Origin: an uncultured virus (IMG/VR IMGVR_UViG_3300011223_000001) | Taxonomy: Duplodnaviria; Heunggongvirae; Uroviricota; Caudoviricetes | Length of the DNA: 64,000 nt | Virus record (IMG/VR): IMGVR_UViG_3300011223_000001 | Location: 186,001 to 250,000 of that record | Strand: one strand, 5' to 3' | Shown here: positions 59,602 through 64,000 of the stretch, in pieces | Layout of the letters: each line of letters begins with the position of its first letter | Position numbering within the stretch: the stretch's first letter is position 1 | The notes under the pieces: model-generated | Told to the model about the DNA's origin: nothing | Database searches by the model: none | The model's input: only the letters and a program-made list of their open reading frames with translations | Translations under genes and position numbers: made by a program

Positions 59602-60429
59602 ATGATCGCTTCTCAGAAATATACCGTCGAAGATGTCCGTCAGAATATCGGGCGTGTTAATGACCCGGATGTCTTGTTCACTTACCTGCTGGCGGCTATC
59701 TTGACCGAAGAGCTCAAGGCCACTCCGATGTATATCGAATACAGCGATGGTTCTAGCGCCGAACCCACGTGCTACAAAATCGTTGGGTTCAGTGCCATGG
59801 AACAACATTCAGCGGCCATCCGCGGGGACCGGCGACCCGCTCACAAACTGGTGGCACAAATCAATGAACCCGATTTTGAACACGAGTATCAACGGGTTAA
59901 CCAAAACCGCAGCTGCGATACAGTGCTGTATGCGCAGAATATCGGGTACCACCGGGAAGAAAAACCGGCAGCTATGTACTCCAGTTGCCCGATGGCTATC
60001 CGCCGGCAAGACTGGACGACGGTCGTGCGGCGCACCCTCGACTTGCAAGAGTTCTGGAGCATGTGCTTCCCACCTTCCGAACTTGACACACAGGTCTTTG
60101 AGCCGGGCCAGAAAGTTTACTGGACCCGCGTACTGAGCATGGCCGATTTCCCGACGATAAAGTCATTCAAGGTGGTGTCCCAGGATGGATTGCGCTTGAG
60201 CGAACGTGGCAATTATGCGGTCGATACGCTGATCCAACCAATGCAGCTGTTCCACATGGATTCAGACGGTGTAATAGCCGTGCATAGCCGTGAACTGATA
60301 TCGGAAGAACAATTCCGTAAGTTCATGGATAACCCTCAAGGTAATGGTCAATGGGTTAAACACGAGGACTCACCGTGGTTCAAGCAGAACGTCCTCGATA
60401 AGATGCCGCCAGAAGTTCTGTACCCATAA
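59602..60429 (+). CDS. Paralogous triplet, member 2
   Basis: FKVVSQ...VDTLI...SPWFKQNVLDKMP. Confidence 0.75.
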   Translation: MIASQKYTVEDVRQNIGRVNDPDVLFTYLLAAILTEELKATPMYIEYSDGSSAEPTCYKIVGFSAMEQHSAAIRGDRRPAHKLVAQINEPDFEHEYQRVNQNRSCDTVLYAQNIGYHREEKPAAMYSSCPMAIRRQDWTTVVRRTLDLQEFWSMCFPPSELDTQVFEPGQKVYWTRVLSMADFPTIKSFKVVSQDGLRLSERGNYAVDTLIQPMQLFHMDSDGVIAVHSRELISEEQFRKFMDNPQGNGQWVKHEDSPWFKQNVLDKMPPEVLYP

Positions 60430-60507
60430 GGCAAACCCAAACAAACAACGGGGGGTGCCAACCGAGCACCCACCTTCCCCAACTCATCGATTTTAAGGAA
60501 TAATAAC

Positions 60508-61320
60508 ATGTCCGCTCTTTATACATCCGATGACATCGTGCATGGCTATCACATTCTGCATAAGCGCAGTTTGCTTGACGTCTTTCTGTTGGCTGCACGT
60601 CTTTGTGTACTGGCTGAACGCAGACCCATGCAAGTGGTGTTGAAAAAAGGCCTCAATACCCCGACCGAGATCGAAAGCTTCGAGGTCAAAGGATTCAAGG
60701 CATACCGTGCCGAGCAGGTAGGAAATAATCTCCCGAGGTGGCGCATCGCGGCTCTAATCGATGCACCCGCAATCGGTCGTTTGTACACCGAGCTAGCTCA
60801 GGCAGGCTGGGGTAGTCAGCAAGTGCTGACCTGCATAAACACAGGCTTTAATCAAGAAGCAGAACACCTCGACACACGGGGTGCCTACATGGCACTACGA
60901 CCGGAAGACTGGTTCAGTGTGGTGCAGGAGTACACCACACTGAGGGCAACGATGGTCGATGCCGTCCACCTACCGGACTACACCACGCAGGCATTGTCTG
61001 TTAACGCCCGGGTACATTGGATGCCCACTACCGAATTAGCGGCGTTCCCAGACATCCCCATGTATCGGGTGGTGGCGCAGTTCCCGCTAAGCTGTGATCA
61101 CGATCGAGTGGTTGACACCCTGATCGAGCGGGTGCCGTGTTTTGACGGCATTGGGCCGGCTTTGTTGAAAGTTCACAGCAAAGACCTGTGCACCCCGGGA
61201 CAGCTCCAACAGCTGTTATTCAAACCACAACCCACCTCCATGTCCGGAACACACGTCTTCAGTCCATGGTTCCAGGAAAACGTACTTGACAAGCTCCCCG
61301 CAGAGCTGCGCTACAACTGA
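60508..61320 (+). CDS. Paralogous triplet, member 3
   Basis: YRVVAQ...VDTLI...SPWFQENVLDKLP. Confidence 0.75.
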   Translation: MSALYTSDDIVHGYHILHKRSLLDVFLLAARLCVLAERRPMQVVLKKGLNTPTEIESFEVKGFKAYRAEQVGNNLPRWRIAALIDAPAIGRLYTELAQAGWGSQQVLTCINTGFNQEAEHLDTRGAYMALRPEDWFSVVQEYTTLRATMVDAVHLPDYTTQALSVNARVHWMPTTELAAFPDIPMYRVVAQFPLSCDHDRVVDTLIERVPCFDGIGPALLKVHSKDLCTPGQLQQLLFKPQPTSMSGTHVFSPWFQENVLDKLPAELRYN

Positions 61321-61335
61321 CGAAAAGGGTGGATC

Positions 61336-61608
61336 GTGAACCTGTATCTGCTGCATGACATAACCAATGCATTTGATGATCGCGGTGGAATCGCTATGGC
61401 GGTGATCGCTGCTGAGTCAGAAGACGACGCACGTTTGACCATAATTATCGACACCCACCATGGCGAGAATCAGTACCTTGATCCGCCCCGCTATGCCTGC
61501 GACTTGATTGGCACCACCAGCCTGCCGGCCGGTGTAGTTTGTGTTGATCACGACTATGACTATCTGCGCGTCGGGTACCCGAACCGTCGAGTGCCGACGC
61601 CACGCTAG
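61336..61608 (+). CDS. Small phage protein (paralogue of 58344-58604)
   Basis: AVIAAESEDDAR...IGT....GV. Confidence 0.65.
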   Translation: MNLYLLHDITNAFDDRGGIAMAVIAAESEDDARLTIIIDTHHGENQYLDPPRYACDLIGTTSLPAGVVCVDHDYDYLRVGYPNRRVPTPR

Positions 61609-61670
61609 TAAAAACCGACCGTACTGGCAACGGTATGTGTACCAACCCTTTTCATGGAAAGTGACCCAAA

Positions 61671-62039
61671 ATGACCACCACCGTTCAGGTGACTCAGCGT
61701 AAACCCAACCCCTCCAAACAGTCCTTCAGCTCGTGGCAAGAGCGTCAGAAGCAAGACCGTGGTGTTCGAACACCGTCGGTTGAAACCCGTCCGTACGAAG
61801 AGATCCGGGCAGAGCGCAAATCGATGGCTAAGCCGAATCCACCAGCCGAACCCGTCGTGTTCAAGGACATCGTGCTGAACAAGCGCTACACGTCCAAGCG
61901 TGTCGGCAAAACCGTCCACGTTTATCCTGTGGAAGTAAAGAAGAACAAGGTCGTGCTCAAACGCGATCTTGAGGCCAAGGATAGCTTCACTGAATCCCGG
62001 GCCAACTTCGACAAGTACTTCGTGCTTGACGAGGCTTAA
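61671..62039 (+). CDS. Basic hypothetical protein
   Basis: 122 aa. Confidence 0.65.
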   Translation: MTTTVQVTQRKPNPSKQSFSSWQERQKQDRGVRTPSVETRPYEEIRAERKSMAKPNPPAEPVVFKDIVLNKRYTSKRVGKTVHVYPVEVKKNKVVLKRDLEAKDSFTESRANFDKYFVLDEA

Positions 62040-62042
62040 TGG

Positions 62043-62282
62043 GTGAGGATGGTTGAGTATTACCGCCGCCTTATGAAACGGCTACTGAATCGTTGGGAAT
62101 ACTGGCGTCTACTCGGTGAAATCGAGCGGAACGGTGGTGTTGTCAAAAATAAAGTGGCCACCTGCAAACAGTGTACGCCCGAGAAAACATGTCGTCCGGG
62201 CAACTACTGTGCGTCTACGTCGAAGCTGTATCTTTACACGTGGCGTTTGCGCAGGCTGGACAATGAATATCGGCGGATTTAA
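62043..62282 (+). CDS. Small basic Cys-containing protein
   Basis: 79 aa; CKQC....C....YC. Confidence 0.5.
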   Translation: MRMVEYYRRLMKRLLNRWEYWRLLGEIERNGGVVKNKVATCKQCTPEKTCRPGNYCASTSKLYLYTWRLRRLDNEYRRI

Positions 62283-62296
62283 TTGGAGCAATCCCC

Positions 62297-62695
62297 ATGA
62301 GCTACGATAACGATGATGATGTTGTAGTAGACCCGGAACTCGTAATGGAGGAACGGGACGAAGACGATGACGAGGAGATTCTGTCTCCTGCTGTGCAGAA
62401 GATCCAAGAGCTTCAGACCGAGTTTGTGCAGGGCGTTCAGAAGGTTCTCGAACCACTGATCACCCAGAACCCAGAACACCGGGGCTCGATCGAAGCGACG
62501 GCCGAAGGTATCCTTGGCCTGATCGAAGGTGGTGCTGACGATGGCTACCTGCTGGTCAAGCGCGAAGACGCCAACTTCGCCATGGTGCCCTGCGCCCGTG
62601 AAGTGTACGAAGAGCACCTGCGTGACGATGTCGAGCCAACCGGTCTCGACCTCTCGCGCGGCCTGCTGGCGATGTTCGACGACGTTAACAGCTGA
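62297..62695 (+). CDS. IN[NST]-tag family protein with acidic N-terminus
   Basis: GGAG SD; GILGLIEGG..DGYLLV...DLSRGLLAMFDDVNS. Confidence 0.75.
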   Translation: MSYDNDDDVVVDPELVMEERDEDDDEEILSPAVQKIQELQTEFVQGVQKVLEPLITQNPEHRGSIEATAEGILGLIEGGADDGYLLVKREDANFAMVPCAREVYEEHLRDDVEPTGLDLSRGLLAMFDDVNS

Positions 62696-62749
62696 CGGTA
62701 TACGGCCAGCCCTTCGGGGCTGGCCTATGTCCCCTTTAAGGAGAAAGAC

Positions 62750-63508
62750 GTGTTTAAACGTGTAGTGTTGGAGAAGCGACACAATCGCTTAGGTAAAGAA
62801 GAACAGATCCTAGCCAACGTGGCCAAGATCGCCAAGATCCCTGTGGTCACCACCTACGAGAAAACCGTAGCGCGTAACCATTTTATTTTTGAACCGACTG
62901 ACCTCGTGGCAGGTAGCGTGGGCTTCATGCACCACGCCATGCGGGCTTTTGGCATCACGATACACCACAACCACCCCTACCCCGACGTGTTGGCTGATAT
63001 CATGCACCGTAAGGTGTTGCCGATTTACACGATGTACGATTTGCGCAAACACTTCACCCAAAAGGGTAGCCCAGTGTTTGTCAAACCCCTACAGACCAAA
63101 AAGTTCACCGGCTTTGTGGCTGACCAGATTGGTGATCCGCGTTTTAATGGGGCAGGGAACCAGACGAGCATCATCTGCACAGAGGTGGTGGAGTTCGTTC
63201 ACGAGTGGCGGGTGTATGTCGCCAAAGGGCGCGCGGTCAGTACGCAAAGCGTAACGCTGTTACATAACCGACCATGGTTCCCGAACCCAATCGTTGTTAA
63301 CGAACTGGTGGATCGGTTGAGCAACGCATTCGAGGGCGCCCCATTGGGTTATGCGTTGGATCTTGGTGTTCTGTCCAATGGCAAGCTGGCATTGGTGGAA
63401 ATCAACGATGGCTATTCGATTGGTGCTTATGGCAAGATGCTACCCAGTGACTACTGGGCGGTTATCGCAAACCGCTGGGCCCAACTCGTACAAGGAGCTA
63501 CAAAATGA
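62750..63508 (+). CDS. ATP-grasp domain protein (DUF4343/R2K-like)
   Basis: YP..L...R, VFVKP..KKFTG, EWRVYV, YALDLG, LVEIND. Confidence 0.78.
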   Translation: MFKRVVLEKRHNRLGKEEQILANVAKIAKIPVVTTYEKTVARNHFIFEPTDLVAGSVGFMHHAMRAFGITIHHNHPYPDVLADIMHRKVLPIYTMYDLRKHFTQKGSPVFVKPLQTKKFTGFVADQIGDPRFNGAGNQTSIICTEVVEFVHEWRVYVAKGRAVSTQSVTLLHNRPWFPNPIVVNELVDRLSNAFEGAPLGYALDLGVLSNGKLALVEINDGYSIGAYGKMLPSDYWAVIANRWAQLVQGATK

Positions 63509-64000
63509 CTGACCACCACACCGCTAACGAAAACAAGAAAACAACACTCGTGATCTTGAGTGGTATGGCCAACGTCGGGTTGATGGCCGATGCCCTCGAT
63601 CATTTCTTCTGGCACATGGGGGTGGATACGTTCAAATGCAAGATCCCAATGCAACCTGACCCAGCCGTAGTCCCTAAGGCCCACCACTGGGACGCGGTAC
63701 GTTTCGTTGTCCGCGAGCACCGTATCCTCGATCCGAGCTGTTCAGCACTAGGTCCTATGGTGGTACCCATGGTACTGGGCGCACGAGACAGCTATGAGTT
63801 CGTGATCTCCGTTGCCAGTCGCCACAAGGCTTTGGATGTTTTGGTGATCCATTCACTGGTGCAAGAGCTCAAGGATAAACTGGGTGTGCCTGAGCGGTGC
63901 ATTCATTTGGAGATGCTCTCCGCGTTTGGCGTACCTGGACCTGAAGAAGCAGTCGATCAAGTCAACCAAGGCGCCCTGAAAGAAACACGTATGGGTATCT
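63505..64000 (+). CDS. Hypothetical protein, runs off the window end
   Basis: AAGGAG SD, ATGA overlap, frame open to 64000. Confidence 0.6.
   Translation, partial: MTDHHTANENKKTTLVILSGMANVGLMADALDHFFWHMGVDTFKCKIPMQPDPAVVPKAHHWDAVRFVVREHRILDPSCSALGPMVVPMVLGARDSYEFVISVASRHKALDVLVIHSLVQELKDKLGVPERCIHLEMLSAFGVPGPEEAVDQVNQGALKETRMGI

Noticed and set aside
1..64000. CRISPR array, rRNA, transposase/integrase, homing endonuclease
   Set aside because: No regularly spaced direct repeats or recognisable catalytic motifs seen by eye.

Overview
64-kb segment of a phiKZ-like (nucleus-forming-type) jumbo phage genome, read in the standard genetic code, with one 10-N gap at 23351-23360. It opens inside a giant virion protein with a C-terminal lytic transglycosylase (phiKZ gp181-like) and its downstream structural neighbour. 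An accessory region of about 90 mostly + strand genes follows. It encodes dTTP supply (tmk, dcd, thyA, NUDIX-like), an SNF2-type helicase and two putative virion proteins on the - strand, a Tad1-like immune-signal sponge, DHH/HD/SLOG nucleotide enzymes, two DEDDh exonucleases, an SspB-like adaptor, a PTP-type phosphatase, a 2OG-Fe(II) oxygenase and an ATP-grasp protein. Nine TATATCAC-N5-TG early-type promoters, a TAC-N12-14-TAT(A/G) promoter class and a terminator family are visible. Main unexplained signals: (1) ten dispersed proteins all end in [FY]-x-x-[IV]-N-[NST]-stop, mostly as part of a modular domain also fused to unrelated cargo domains, suggesting an undescribed C-terminal tagging/sorting system; (2) several promoter-led structured non-coding RNAs, including one with a 14-nt perfect complement of the 16S rRNA 3' end, a ~340-nt multi-helix RNA, and a tRNA-like RNA with a 21-nt anticodon loop. 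Family assignments come from recognised motifs only; no searches were run.
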